64,000 nucleotides of DNA from an uncultured archaeon (GTDB taxonomy: Archaea > Aenigmatarchaeota > Aenigmatarchaeia > PWEA01 > JAGHBM01), in NCBI GenBank assembly GCA_964584335.1, contig CAZOZN010000001.1, forward strand, positions 179,882 through 243,881. The letters run 5' to 3'. Under the pieces are notes generated by a model that had not been told where the DNA came from, ran no database searches, and was given only the letters and a program-made list of their open reading frames with translations. How positions within the stretch are numbered: position 1 is the first letter of the stretch; the number at the start of each line of letters is the position of its first letter. Below, piece by piece: positions 48,896 to 58,376 of the stretch. The translations under genes and the position numbers were made by a program.

Positions 48896-49381
48896 CTTGC
48901 CAATCTTCTTGTCAAGGAGGAAGAACTGGTCTCCCACATCGAAAGTATCCTCTTTGACTGTGAAGAAACATATATGTGTAGATGTTATTCCGGAGCCACC
49001 CAGCTTCCATACTCTGTCTACGACTTCACTCCCTAAGTTTTCTATATTACTTGCTCTCATCTTTACCAGAAAATCCCATTCACCGGTAAGTAGATGAAGT
49101 TCACAAACATCCGGGAGGTTTGATATGGATTTTTCAAGCTGTTCAAGAGTCATTCCATGGGACTTGTCCGCTTTCATTAAAACAAATGCAGTTATAGGTT
49201 TTCCCAGCTTCTTAAAATCGGGAACAACTGTAAATTTCTTTATTATTCCGGAGTTCTTCATTTTCTTTATTCTGTCATAAACGGTGCTTCTAGGTAATCC
49301 AACCTTCTTGGATATCTTTTTTATGGACATTCTGGCATCTTCAGAAAGACATTTCAAAATCAAGAAATCTTTTTCATCCAT
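48887..49381 (-). CDS. Lrp/AsnC-family transcriptional regulator
   Basis: MDEKD--IL--L-EDAR-S---I---VGL--STV--RIKKM---GII--FT; LTGEWDFLVK. Confidence 0.93.
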   Translation of the reverse strand: MDEKDFLILKCLSEDARMSIKKISKKVGLPRSTVYDRIKKMKNSGIIKKFTVVPDFKKLGKPITAFVLMKADKSHGMTLEQLEKSISNLPDVCELHLLTGEWDFLVKMRASNIENLGSEVVDRVWKLGGSGITSTHICFFTVKEDTFDVGDQFFLLDKKIGKSL

Positions 49382-49563
49382 GGTTGTATATTATCCGAAC
49401 AATAATATAAAGCTTTGTCATAAATCCGGCTTATTTTCTTTATTATTAAATATATTAAAGATATACATAATAATACCAAATAATAATTGGTTGGTCCGTA
49501 ACCGGCTTAGGGAGATAATAATTCTTCTGATGATGCTTATTATGATATTTTGTCGTGGTGTGT

Positions 49564-49707
49564 ATGAAGACAGTCTTAAAAACCAAAACTTTGGAGGACG
49601 AGCTTTTGGAGATTCAGAAAAAAATAGAAAACGAGCTTTTCAGGATAAGACAAAAAAAAGATTTCAGGGATTTTGATGAGAGATTTTTCAAAAATAAAAA
49701 AGATTGA
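49564..49707 (+). CDS. Possible 47-aa helical small protein
   Basis: GGTG RBS, MKTVLKTKTLEDELLEIQKKIENELFR...; divergent from Lrp. Confidence 0.4.
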   Translation: MKTVLKTKTLEDELLEIQKKIENELFRIRQKKDFRDFDERFFKNKKD

Positions 49708-49815
49708 ACCGAAAGCTTAAACCAAAAGAAATGTTTTTAGACTCCTTTCTATTTACTGTGATTATTATTTTGTGTTTAAATCTTTTTGCAGCCTTAATAA
49801 TTTGGGGGTGAATGA

Positions 49816-50166
49816 ATGGCGAATACTATTGAGGATTTTATAGGTACTGCCACAGAAGAACAAAAAGATGTGCTTAGAAATATAAAAAGGCTTGGTGACC
49901 AGGAGCACAAGCTTGCTACGGAGATTAACAATATATACAATTCCATAGATAAGGGAGTTTATTCTCCTGATGGTTGTTCTATAGCTGTTTGCGAGGATGA
50001 GGACGATGCGAGAGTTATTTCCATGGGCCCAAGATATAAATTAAGCAAAGTTAGAGACGAGATAAAGGATTACATGGTAAAGGCAGTGGAACTTGATATG
50101 GATGAATTGGGTTTTATACAGAGAAATTACGAGCATTATGTTGGAGAGAAAATTCCGGAGAAATAA
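49816..50166 (+). CDS. Hypothetical protein
   Basis: GGGGGTGA RBS; helical composition. Confidence 0.7.
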   Translation: MANTIEDFIGTATEEQKDVLRNIKRLGDQEHKLATEINNIYNSIDKGVYSPDGCSIAVCEDEDDARVISMGPRYKLSKVRDEIKDYMVKAVELDMDELGFIQRNYEHYVGEKIPEK

Positions 50167-50222
50167 TGTTCTGCCCAATTCACTGTGGTAATATTATAAG
50201 GCTGTATATAATTTAACTGAAT

Positions 50223-51134
50223 TCAGGGGAAGTCCGATAGCTTTTCGTTTATTTCCTCGGCTTCTTCCTGCTTGTGTTTTATTTTTGTGTCGTATACTGC
50301 CAGGTCTTGGTATAAAGCATCATAGTAGTTGCAGTTCCAGGCTATAAATTCCTCCGGACTCATTTCAGTCATTGATTCTGTTGTCTGTGAAAGTAATGTG
50401 TTTGCAAGGTCCTGTGTTGTAGACGTGGTTATGTCACTGAACTTGCTCGGGGGAGACTTTAGCATCAGGGCAGCGTCAATTATAAGCTTGTTTGTTACGT
50501 CGGCCAGCGCGTTGTGGCATCTTTTATAGTAATAAGGCAGCCAAACTTCCTGTATCTCCTGTTTTGATGCTATCATATCCTTAACTTCATCAGATATTTG
50601 TTTCTTTTCCGCTTCAAGTTCCGCTTTTTTTGCGTTTATTGAAACATGGTCTCTAACACATTTCCCGCTAACGCAAATTTTACCAAAACTATAACCGCCA
50701 AAATTTTCTTTCTGTTCTTGGCAGGGATAATCAAAGGTCTTTATGCATATGCCTTCTCTGGGATTGCATCCCTGTTTCCATCTCACGTTACCCACGCATA
50801 TGTCAGCGCATTCACTGTCATACTTGCATGTTTTGGTTACATCTTCCACCACTTCTATAATTTCTGTCGGGGTAGCTGAAGCTGCCCTTGCTTCGCAAGT
50901 CTTTCTTTGAGCCGAGTCTGTTATCCTCATGCATATAGAATTGTCTCCATTGCTTGCTGCAACAGCAGAATAACACACATCGGGATGTGTTGCCGCTTTG
51001 CATATTTCCGGATTTCCCATTGCGACTGCCTTTTCCTGTGTTGTCATCGAATCAGAAAGTGCTTCAAGTTCTACGCAGCCTGATGTTATTATTACAAGAG
51101 AGACCAAAGTTAGAAAAAAATAATTTTTAATCAT
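50223..51134 (-). CDS. Cys-rich lipoprotein with coiled-coil
   Basis: Lipobox ITSGC; PEIC-----DVCY--VA----D--IC repeat; C-terminal coiled coil. Confidence 0.75.
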   Translation of the reverse strand: MIKNYFFLTLVSLVIITSGCVELEALSDSMTTQEKAVAMGNPEICKAATHPDVCYSAVAASNGDNSICMRITDSAQRKTCEARAASATPTEIIEVVEDVTKTCKYDSECADICVGNVRWKQGCNPREGICIKTFDYPCQEQKENFGGYSFGKICVSGKCVRDHVSINAKKAELEAEKKQISDEVKDMIASKQEIQEVWLPYYYKRCHNALADVTNKLIIDAALMLKSPPSKFSDITTSTTQDLANTLLSQTTESMTEMSPEEFIAWNCNYYDALYQDLAVYDTKIKHKQEEAEEINEKLSDFP

Positions 51135-51173
51135 AGGAAAATATTGATTGTTTAAAATAAATACATTTAGCAC

Positions 51174-51536
51174 TCAAAATTCTTCTATTTGTGCTAGATA
51201 GACGTTTGATTCGCAAGGTAAATTTTCATTAATTATTTCTTTCATATAATTTGCTCTTTTCTTTGCCTTCTTTTTTATTCTTTCTTTTAGCTTTTTTCCA
51301 TTTTTCCAGTAAACTCCTATAACTTCTTTATGTACTCTTGATGAGTTATGGTATATTTCGAGTGATACTCTGTTCATGTAACCGTCCTTTTCCTCGAATA
51401 CCTTTTCTTCTGTTCCAATTATGTCCATTTCAGAGTTTTCTTCGTAATTTTTAAAGTTCTTGAGAAATTTTTTGAACTCAAAATTTTTTAACATGATTAG
51501 TTTTAGATATTTCCAAGGATTTAAATTTAATTTCAT
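51174..51536 (-). CDS. Hypothetical protein
   Basis: 120-aa ORF filling the gap, co-oriented with neighbour. Confidence 0.55.
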   Translation of the reverse strand: MKLNLNPWKYLKLIMLKNFEFKKFLKNFKNYEENSEMDIIGTEEKVFEEKDGYMNRVSLEIYHNSSRVHKEVIGVYWKNGKKLKERIKKKAKKRANYMKEIINENLPCESNVYLAQIEEF

Positions 51537-51661
51537 TTTTTAAATCAGTTTATCTAAATTAAAACACGGTGTCTTGAAGAATTATATGTTTACTATAATG
51601 CTTTTTGATTTAGGTTTTTTTGATTTTTTATACTTTTAATGTTAAATTATGAAAGGTAATT

Positions 51662-52528
51662 ATGGATATTTCGCTTGGTATAATTTTTGGTATTGTTTCT
51701 CTTTTGGGTTGGGGTATAGCCGACCTTTTGGCAAAGGTTGTTATTACCAAGTTCGGCGGTATAAGGGCCTTATTTATACAGCAGCTTGTTGGCCTTTTGT
51801 TTATAGGCGCATACTGCTTTATTTTTTTGACAATACCTGTAATATCTTTTGAATTGATGATTTTACTTGCTGTAACTTCGATTTTTGCTACATTCGGTTA
51901 CGTTATGTTTTACAAGGCCATGGAATATGGAAACGTTTCTATAGTTTCCCCTATAGTTTCGAGTTGGGCGGCATTGACTGTTGTTTTGTCGGTTGTGTTT
52001 TTTTCTGAGGTATTGAGTATTCTTCAATTCTTTTCTATACTTTTGATTTTCTTTGGTATATTTCTTACATCAATAGTGTGGAAGGATTTTAAGAAATCTC
52101 TTAAAGGGGGAATTTCAAATGGTGTTAAGGAAGCAATTGTGTCCATGGTTTGCTGGGGTATAGGTTTTACTCTTTTAAAGCTTACTGTTGATTCGCTGGG
52201 TACTATAATTCCAATTGTTTTTTTCAGGTTATTTTCTGTGGTAATAATATTGGCAGTATTGTTCAGGAGAAAGCTTGAGATAATTTTTAAGCCTTTTCAT
52301 TTGTTGCTAATAATAATTTTTTCCGGTATATTGGATGTTCTTGCTCTTCTTACTTACAATATAGCAATTACCAGTGAATTTGTTTCAATTGTTGCTCCAA
52401 TTTCTTCTGCTTTCCCTCTTGTTACAATAATACTTGCTCAAATATTTTTGAAGGAGAGAATGGTCCTTAACCAGAAGATAGGTGCTGCATTTATATTGAC
52501 AGGTTTAATACTAATTTCACTGATTTGA
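51662..52528 (+). CDS. EamA/DMT-family transporter
   Basis: Two repeats with WG, SIVSPI/SIVAPI, LS-VFFSE / LAQIFLKE; ~10 TM. Confidence 0.92.
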   Translation: MDISLGIIFGIVSLLGWGIADLLAKVVITKFGGIRALFIQQLVGLLFIGAYCFIFLTIPVISFELMILLAVTSIFATFGYVMFYKAMEYGNVSIVSPIVSSWAALTVVLSVVFFSEVLSILQFFSILLIFFGIFLTSIVWKDFKKSLKGGISNGVKEAIVSMVCWGIGFTLLKLTVDSLGTIIPIVFFRLFSVVIILAVLFRRKLEIIFKPFHLLLIIIFSGILDVLALLTYNIAITSEFVSIVAPISSAFPLVTIILAQIFLKERMVLNQKIGAAFILTGLILISLI

Positions 52529-52558
52529 TTTTTTAAAGAAACGTGAGGAATAAAAAAT

Positions 52559-53167
52559 ATGAAAAAAATAATTTTGATCGGGGGTTCTCCCACTGCAGGT
52601 AAGAGCTATACCGCAAGAAAGCTTGCCAAACAGCTTAAAATTCCTTGGATTTCTACTGATTCTATAAGGGGTCAGATGAGGAAAATAGTCAGAAAGGAAG
52701 ATTATCCTGCTTTATTTGAGCTTGATGGTGCCACTCCAGAAATGTCAGTGGAATTCCTGAATAGCAGGACTCCGGAAGAGGTTGTTAGCCAACAGGTTGG
52801 AGAGAGTGAGGATGTCTGGAAGGGTGTAAAGGCTCTTATCGAGACAGGGGATTTGGATGTTTTTATAATAGAAGGAATAGCAATATTGCCTCATCTAGTC
52901 CATGATTTTGTCAAATCGAGAAAGGAAGTAAAGGTTCTGTTTCTTGTTGACGAAGACAAGGAAAGAGTTAGAAAAACTATATTTACAAGGGGTTTGTGGT
53001 CAGACGCTGACAAGTACCCTGACGAAGTTAAGGAAAAGGAAGTTAAGTGGGTTTTTGAATTTAATGATTACATAAAGAGAGAAGCAGGGAAGTACGGGTT
53101 ACCGGTTGTCAATATAGGAAATCGTAAGGGTTATTTAGAGGAAGTCAAAAAAATAATAGATGAGTAA
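52559..53167 (+). CDS. P-loop kinase (2-phosphoglycerate kinase-like)
   Basis: IILIGGSPTAGKS--A--LA--L-I--ISTD-IR; IIEG--ILP. Confidence 0.8.
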   Translation: MKKIILIGGSPTAGKSYTARKLAKQLKIPWISTDSIRGQMRKIVRKEDYPALFELDGATPEMSVEFLNSRTPEEVVSQQVGESEDVWKGVKALIETGDLDVFIIEGIAILPHLVHDFVKSRKEVKVLFLVDEDKERVRKTIFTRGLWSDADKYPDEVKEKEVKWVFEFNDYIKREAGKYGLPVVNIGNRKGYLEEVKKIIDE

Positions 53168-53375
53168 TGGTTTTATGAAAAACAAAATACTTGTTTGCCC
53201 AAAGTGCGGTTCTACTGACATAAGAATAGAGTTTGAAAATGCAGCAAAGGTAAGGCTTGGTGCTCCTTTGGACAGGATTTGTAATTCTTGCGGTTATAAG
53301 TCTACTTTCTTTCTTAGTGTCGACAGGGAAGATGTGGAGAAAATAAGGAAAGAAATTAAAAAAGGCAATAAATAG
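53160..53375 (+). CDS. Small zinc-ribbon protein
   Basis: CPKCGST...CNSCGY. Confidence 0.75.
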   Translation: MSNGFMKNKILVCPKCGSTDIRIEFENAAKVRLGAPLDRICNSCGYKSTFFLSVDREDVEKIRKEIKKGNK

Positions 53376-53411
53376 GTCAATTATTTTAATTATTTCTTTC
53401 AAATAATCTTT

Positions 53412-53816
53412 ATGAACAAAAAGTTATTATTATTTTTTTTGATTTCTGTCGTATTTTTGTCACCTTCAATAGTAAAGTCTGTTCCTGCCCCCTTTAATGA
53501 ATATTATTACAATCCAGAAACCGGTCAATGTATAAATCATAGAAGAGGGGATGAGAATTTGAATAATCCTGTTCCAGAGGGATTTTATTTCTCAGGTTTA
53601 GATGACTTTAACTGCACGGAAAAAATATTCAACGAAACCGAATACAGAGAATGCAAATCACAGGGTGGAGAATATGTTATGCTAAGTCTGGAGGAATATA
53701 ATTGTTATTTTGATTACAGTGAAGAAAAAAAGAACCAGTTTCATTCTTATTATATTTTTTCAATAATGTTTTTTGTTATACTTTTATCCTTGATTTGGTT
53801 GTATATGAAAAAATAG
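53412..53816 (+). CDS. Small secreted, C-terminally anchored protein
   Basis: Signal peptide, four Cys, C-terminal TM + KK. Confidence 0.7.
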   Translation: MNKKLLLFFLISVVFLSPSIVKSVPAPFNEYYYNPETGQCINHRRGDENLNNPVPEGFYFSGLDDFNCTEKIFNETEYRECKSQGGEYVMLSLEEYNCYFDYSEEKKNQFHSYYIFSIMFFVILLSLIWLYMKK

Positions 53817-53822
53817 CGACTT

Positions 53823-54119
53823 TTACATTCCAAAGTAAGCCGGGTCTATTTCTTTCCATTCTTTTTTGTCGTAGAATAGTGCTTTACTTATTACTTCTAT
53901 TGCTTCTTCGTCAAGTATTGTATTTTTCTCCTCTTCTATTACCAACTCTTTAACCGCGCAACAGCAAAAGTCTTCCACGCTATTGTATTGGCTTTTGTTT
54001 TCTACTATTTCTTCTATCTTTTGGTACTCTTTGCTTGGAAGATAAAATGAATGGAAAAGTTCACCATTATCTAAATATAATTCTATTTTCGGGGATTTTT
54101 TGTTTTGCATAATTATCAT
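53823..54119 (-). CDS. Ribbon-helix-helix (CopG-like) domain protein
   Basis: LPSKEYQKIEEIV----YNSVEDF----VKE resembles the archaeal RHH consensus. Confidence 0.55.
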   Translation of the reverse strand: MIIMQNKKSPKIELYLDNGELFHSFYLPSKEYQKIEEIVENKSQYNSVEDFCCCAVKELVIEEEKNTILDEEAIEVISKALFYDKKEWKEIDPAYFGM

Positions 54120-54179
54120 ACATACAAAAAGGATTTAAGTTAGTTTTTAAAGATTAAAAATAAAAATTAAATAGTAAAT

Positions 54180-54290
54180 ATGGGATTAAAAAAGCTGGTT
54201 AGGGAGTTTTTTATTGCTTTAGTTTTTCCTTTGATTTTATTATTTGTGTTGTTTTTGATATGGTATTTTTCCAGTTTTTATCCTTTGTAG
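54180..54290 (+). CDS. 36-aa single-TM peptide
   Basis: MGLKKLVREFFIALVFPLILLFVLFLIWYFSSFYPL; not in ORF track. Confidence 0.45.
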   Translation: MGLKKLVREFFIALVFPLILLFVLFLIWYFSSFYPL

Positions 54291-54329
54291 TATTTTTAAA
54301 CAATAGTAACCTATTTTTTTATGGTATAG

Positions 54330-55397
54330 ATGACTGATGATGAAAAGTCCATAAAGAAGAAGATAGAAGAAATAAAAAAAGACTTAGAGGGCGAGCCTGT
54401 AGATAGTGATTCGGAAGCTGAAGAAAGAAAACCGAATCCTGTTTTAATAATATTAGTATTGGTTTCTTTGGTGGCTATTTACTTTATTTTTACAAGTTTG
54501 GCGGTATACTTTGGCGAAGATAGCTCAGGTTCGGGTTACGAAGAACTTGCAACAACTACAGTAAACCCAAATGCCAACACTCTCCAGTTTTATATAGAGA
54601 GCATAAGACCAGATGAAGATTGCAGGAATGCTTCCTTTAACTCGGGGAGACCATGCACAAAAATTACAGTGTCGATAAAAAATAACTTTGAAGAATATAT
54701 AGATATAGATTATTCTCTTGTAAATGAAAGAGGTACTAAATATTATACTTTGTCCTCAAGTTATGGATTGTCTAATGATTGCTACAAGTCAAGTTCTTCT
54801 GAGATTATACTGGAACCGGATAAAAAAGAAAACTATACTTTTTGTTTCCCCTTAATCGAGAAAAGCGATAATACTGTTATGAATTTTTATTATGAAGGAA
54901 ATGAATATTCGTTCAATTTGACTGATTACGAATTTTTCGAGGACGAGGATTATGAAGAAGGCTTTGACTGCGAGGATTATATGCTGGATATATTGCCTTA
55001 TAATTTTACTGTTTCCAGAGAAGAAGAAAATTCAAGCTGGGGATTTAAGTGTGTCGGTGATGATGGAATTCCTTTCTCTTCTGATGGCGTAATTTTGATA
55101 AATAGGTTCAATGGAGGTTATTTTTTAAATGGTTCTGAAGTTGGTAAGAATATTAGCTATTTTTATCACGAGGGTTATTATGCTTTTGAATATTTTAAGA
55201 ATGTAACCAATAAACACGGATTTGTTTTAGGAAGCAGGGAGGCCGAGTTTAGGCCCATAGTAATGCCAAAAAGAGAAACTTCAAGGTATGACAATGAAAC
55301 TTGTTTGTTTGAAGTAGAGAAAATGGATGTCGATGTTGTTGATTATGAATTTTATTCTTGCAAATGGGTTACTGAAGATGGAGATATTGTGAGATGA
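54330..55397 (+). CDS. Membrane-anchored extracellular protein
   Basis: Charged N-terminus, single TM, Ig-like segment (ITVSIKN...ILEP-----TFCF). Confidence 0.7.
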   Translation: MTDDEKSIKKKIEEIKKDLEGEPVDSDSEAEERKPNPVLIILVLVSLVAIYFIFTSLAVYFGEDSSGSGYEELATTTVNPNANTLQFYIESIRPDEDCRNASFNSGRPCTKITVSIKNNFEEYIDIDYSLVNERGTKYYTLSSSYGLSNDCYKSSSSEIILEPDKKENYTFCFPLIEKSDNTVMNFYYEGNEYSFNLTDYEFFEDEDYEEGFDCEDYMLDILPYNFTVSREEENSSWGFKCVGDDGIPFSSDGVILINRFNGGYFLNGSEVGKNISYFYHEGYYAFEYFKNVTNKHGFVLGSREAEFRPIVMPKRETSRYDNETCLFEVEKMDVDVVDYEFYSCKWVTEDGDIVR

Positions 55398-55412
55398 GTT
55401 AAGGTAAGATAA

Positions 55413-55871
55413 ATGAAAGTAAGGAAATTCAGGAAGGAAGATGCTGAAGAAATCTGTGGTTTGGTAAAGGACAGTTTTAATAAGTTTGTATCCTCAAGTT
55501 TCACAAAAAAAGGGTCGAAAAATTTTCTGAATTTTTGCAACAGGGAAAATATAATAAAAAAATCCGAAGACAGTAATGTTTTTGTTGGGGTCATTGATGG
55601 TAAAATTGTAGGTACCGTTTCCTTTTCCATAAAAAAAGGGACCGGTAAGATAGGTTGGCTTTTCGTTCACAAAGATTATCAGAGAAATAATATTGCTAGA
55701 GCTCTCATGAGTAAGGCTGAAGAATTTTACGTAAGAAAGGGAATAAAATCTGTCAGGGTAAATTCTTCTGTTTATGCCCAAAAATTTTACGAGAAGCTGG
55801 GCTACAAGAAGTCAACCGGCCTGATAAAAAAGGATGGTTGGTTTTATCAGCCGATGGGAAAAGTTTTGTAG
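55413..55871 (+). CDS. GNAT-family N-acetyltransferase
   Basis: LFVHKDYQR--IARALM; VNSS-YA--FYEKLGY. Confidence 0.9.
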   Translation: MKVRKFRKEDAEEICGLVKDSFNKFVSSSFTKKGSKNFLNFCNRENIIKKSEDSNVFVGVIDGKIVGTVSFSIKKGTGKIGWLFVHKDYQRNNIARALMSKAEEFYVRKGIKSVRVNSSVYAQKFYEKLGYKKSTGLIKKDGWFYQPMGKVL

Positions 55872-55874
55872 TTC

Positions 55875-56020
55875 TTATTTGGGCTTGAATTTTCTGCACC
55901 TTTTTTGGCAACCGGTGCCTAAGTGCATTATTTTTTCTTTATCCTCCTTTTTTTATCAGGCAGAAATCTGCAGTAGATTCCCTCTTTTTCGCAAAAAATA
56001 AAAAAGCTGTCTTTAGACAA
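55875..56020 (-). pseudogene. Frameshifted small 4-Cys protein (A7 tract)
   Basis: GGGGGTTGGA RBS + TTG; one extra A at GAT-A7 joins two ORFs into a 48-aa C-x6-C...C-x3-C protein. Confidence 0.4.
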
Positions 56021-56207
56021 GTGTTCCAACCCCCTTTTGTTTTTTAGGGGAGAAGCAAAATATCGCTGCTAATAATCAAAAAATGGACCACTGTATTTCG
56101 TGTGTCATCTGTGCCCTTACAAGTTTTATGAAAATAAGTATAAAAAACGGTTAAAAATAAAGTTTTAAATAAAAAAAAGATGTAAGACTATTTTACCCGC
56201 TCGTTTT

Positions 56208-56795
56208 TTATTTTCTTTTTGATTTCAGTTTTAGGAGGCTCTTTCTATTTCTATGTCTCGGGAATTTGCCCTTGTTTACGTATTTTATATCTTCAATAGA
56301 GTAGAATGATTTGGGGTTGAATTTTCTTATTTGTTTTATTGCATCTTTAAGATCCTTTCTGTTTACTATTGTTAAGAGTATTCTACAGGGCCCGCTTCCT
56401 CCCATCGCATTAACTGTAGTTACTCCGTAACCTTCTTCCTTGAGGAAATTTTTCAGCTTTTTTGTGTTCTTTTTGGTGAATATTCTTATTATTACTGAAC
56501 CCATTGCAAGTTTTTCTTCTATTATCAGCCCTATGTAAGTTCCTGCAGCAAATCCTCCCGCATATGCTATGTAGTTTATGGGGTTGTTCAGATTTTGCAT
56601 TATTTGGCCTATAGCCAAAAGCCATATTAGTACTTCAAAGAATCCTATAAAAGGTGATATTTTTTTCCAGCCTTTTGATATAAAAACTATTCTTAATGTT
56701 GAAAGCGATACATCCAAAATACGCGCGCAAAATATCAGTATCGGAAGTACAACTAACGAAAAGGTTTCAGATGTTAATATGAATACTGCTTCCAT
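56208..56795 (-). CDS. UPF0316/DUF2179 (YebE-like) membrane protein
   Basis: IF-ARI-DVSL-TLR, GFFEVLIWL-AI, YA-GFAAGTYIG, GYGVT---A-G, P--FY--EDI. Confidence 0.88.
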   Translation of the reverse strand: MEAVFILTSETFSLVVLPILIFCARILDVSLSTLRIVFISKGWKKISPFIGFFEVLIWLLAIGQIMQNLNNPINYIAYAGGFAAGTYIGLIIEEKLAMGSVIIRIFTKKNTKKLKNFLKEEGYGVTTVNAMGGSGPCRILLTIVNRKDLKDAIKQIRKFNPKSFYSIEDIKYVNKGKFPRHRNRKSLLKLKSKRK

Positions 56796-56929
56796 TTGTA
56801 AATCACCGTTAAAAACAATGTTATGAGACGGTAACTATTTAAAGATTTCTATTGTTTTCCAATGAAAAAAATAAATATATGATTTAATTTTTTATTTGTC
56901 TTTTCCAAATTATGTTTGGAGTGAAATAA

Positions 56930-57301
56930 ATGGTATTAAATATTTTTGTTTCTGTTTTTCTTCTTTTCATCGCTGTTGTGATTTATATTGCTCCTGTATT
57001 CTTTCTTAACAGGTTTTTTACAAAGGCAAAAATAGACCAGTACAACCTTAAGTTCTTAAGTTATGATTTTTCTGTTAAGAAGTGGGGTTCTCTGCTAATA
57101 CCTTTGCACTTTTTATCCCCATTTATTCTGATTCTTTTGTTTTCTTCCCTGGAATTGGTTGGTATAAGATTTTTTAGTGGCGAATTGCAGAAAAATCTGG
57201 TAAACTATTACTATCAGAGCATTTTTTCAGCTTTGGTAGTTCTTATAGTTACTGTTTCTACCGTGATTGACAGGCTGAATGCAAAAAGCCTTAAAAGTTA
57301 G
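56930..57301 (+). CDS. 3-TM membrane protein
   Basis: Three hydrophobic segments; GGAGTGA RBS. Confidence 0.65.
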   Translation: MVLNIFVSVFLLFIAVVIYIAPVFFLNRFFTKAKIDQYNLKFLSYDFSVKKWGSLLIPLHFLSPFILILLFSSLELVGIRFFSGELQKNLVNYYYQSIFSALVVLIVTVSTVIDRLNAKSLKS

Positions 57302-57405
57302 ACAAATAACGTTCTTTTAATCTATAAATATTTTATTATACTAAATATTAGTCCAGAGATGAAGAGCTTTTTCTAATTCTGGAACCATAACTTGTGGGGG
57401 TTGGA

Positions 57406-57570
57406 ATGAAAAGAATTAGTGGTTTTTGTGAAAGGTGCGATAACTTTAGTCCCTTCCTTGAAGAAGAGGACTACCAGTGGTTATGTACTGTATGTAGAGA
57501 TCATGTAAGAAGACTAAATGACTTGGTAATACCTAGTTTAAGGTCTAATCGCATTAGCAAAAACAAATGA
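57406..57570 (+). CDS. 54-aa zinc-finger microprotein
   Basis: Not in ORF track; GGGGGTTGGA RBS; FCERC...WLCTVC. Confidence 0.7.
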   Translation: MKRISGFCERCDNFSPFLEEEDYQWLCTVCRDHVRRLNDLVIPSLRSNRISKNK

Positions 57571-57658
57571 AAAAAATAAGAATATATGAGTTTCAGTTAG
57601 GGGTTGGTCTTTTATTTCGTTTAATACATTTTTAAATTACGGAGCCGAATAATTAAAC

Positions 57659-58375
57659 ATGAAAAATGTGGTTCAAATAAGTAATCTTTCTAAATATTTT
57701 GGCAGCTTGAAGGCAGTAGACAAGCTGAGCTTGAAGGTCAAAAAGGGTGAAATATTTGGACTTCTTGGCCCTAATGGTTCCGGAAAGACAACTACTGTCA
57801 AGGTTCTTACAGGACAGCTGAAACCTACAAAAGGAAAGGCAAAGATAATGGGTGTTGATGTTTTAAAAGAACCCATAAAAGCAAGAGAAATAACTGGAAT
57901 AATACCCGAGCAGGAAACTCCGCCGAGTTTTTTAACTGCGGAGGAGTATCTTCATTTTGTTTCTAAGATAAGAAAGATTGATGATTTTGAAGGTACCTGC
58001 GACCACTGGTTCAGTTTTCTTTGTTTTGATGAGGAAAAGGATGTTCTTTGCAAGGATCTTTCTAGAGGAACCAGACAGAAGCTTATGTTTGCACAGGCAT
58101 TTCTTCATGAGCCCAAGGTGGCATTTATAGACGAGCCTCTGATAAATTTGGATCCAATAATTCAGAGAAAGGTGAAGGATTATCTCAAAGATTATGTTAA
58201 AAAGGGAAATACTATATTTCTTTGTACTCATGTTCTTGAGATAGCTGAAGAGATTTGCACCAGAGTTGCCGTAATAGACAAGGGAAAATTGATTCAGGAA
58301 AGTTCTGTTAAGAATTTAAAGAAAAAAAAGAAGAAACTGGAAGATTTTTTCCTGAAACTCGTAAAAGAGGAATAA
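57659..58375 (+). CDS. ABC-2 type transporter ATP-binding protein
   Basis: GPNGSGKTT, LSRG-RQKL, FIDEP---LDP, H-loop THVL. Confidence 0.95.
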   Translation: MKNVVQISNLSKYFGSLKAVDKLSLKVKKGEIFGLLGPNGSGKTTTVKVLTGQLKPTKGKAKIMGVDVLKEPIKAREITGIIPEQETPPSFLTAEEYLHFVSKIRKIDDFEGTCDHWFSFLCFDEEKDVLCKDLSRGTRQKLMFAQAFLHEPKVAFIDEPLINLDPIIQRKVKDYLKDYVKKGNTIFLCTHVLEIAEEICTRVAVIDKGKLIQESSVKNLKKKKKKLEDFFLKLVKEE

Positions 58376-58376
58376 G

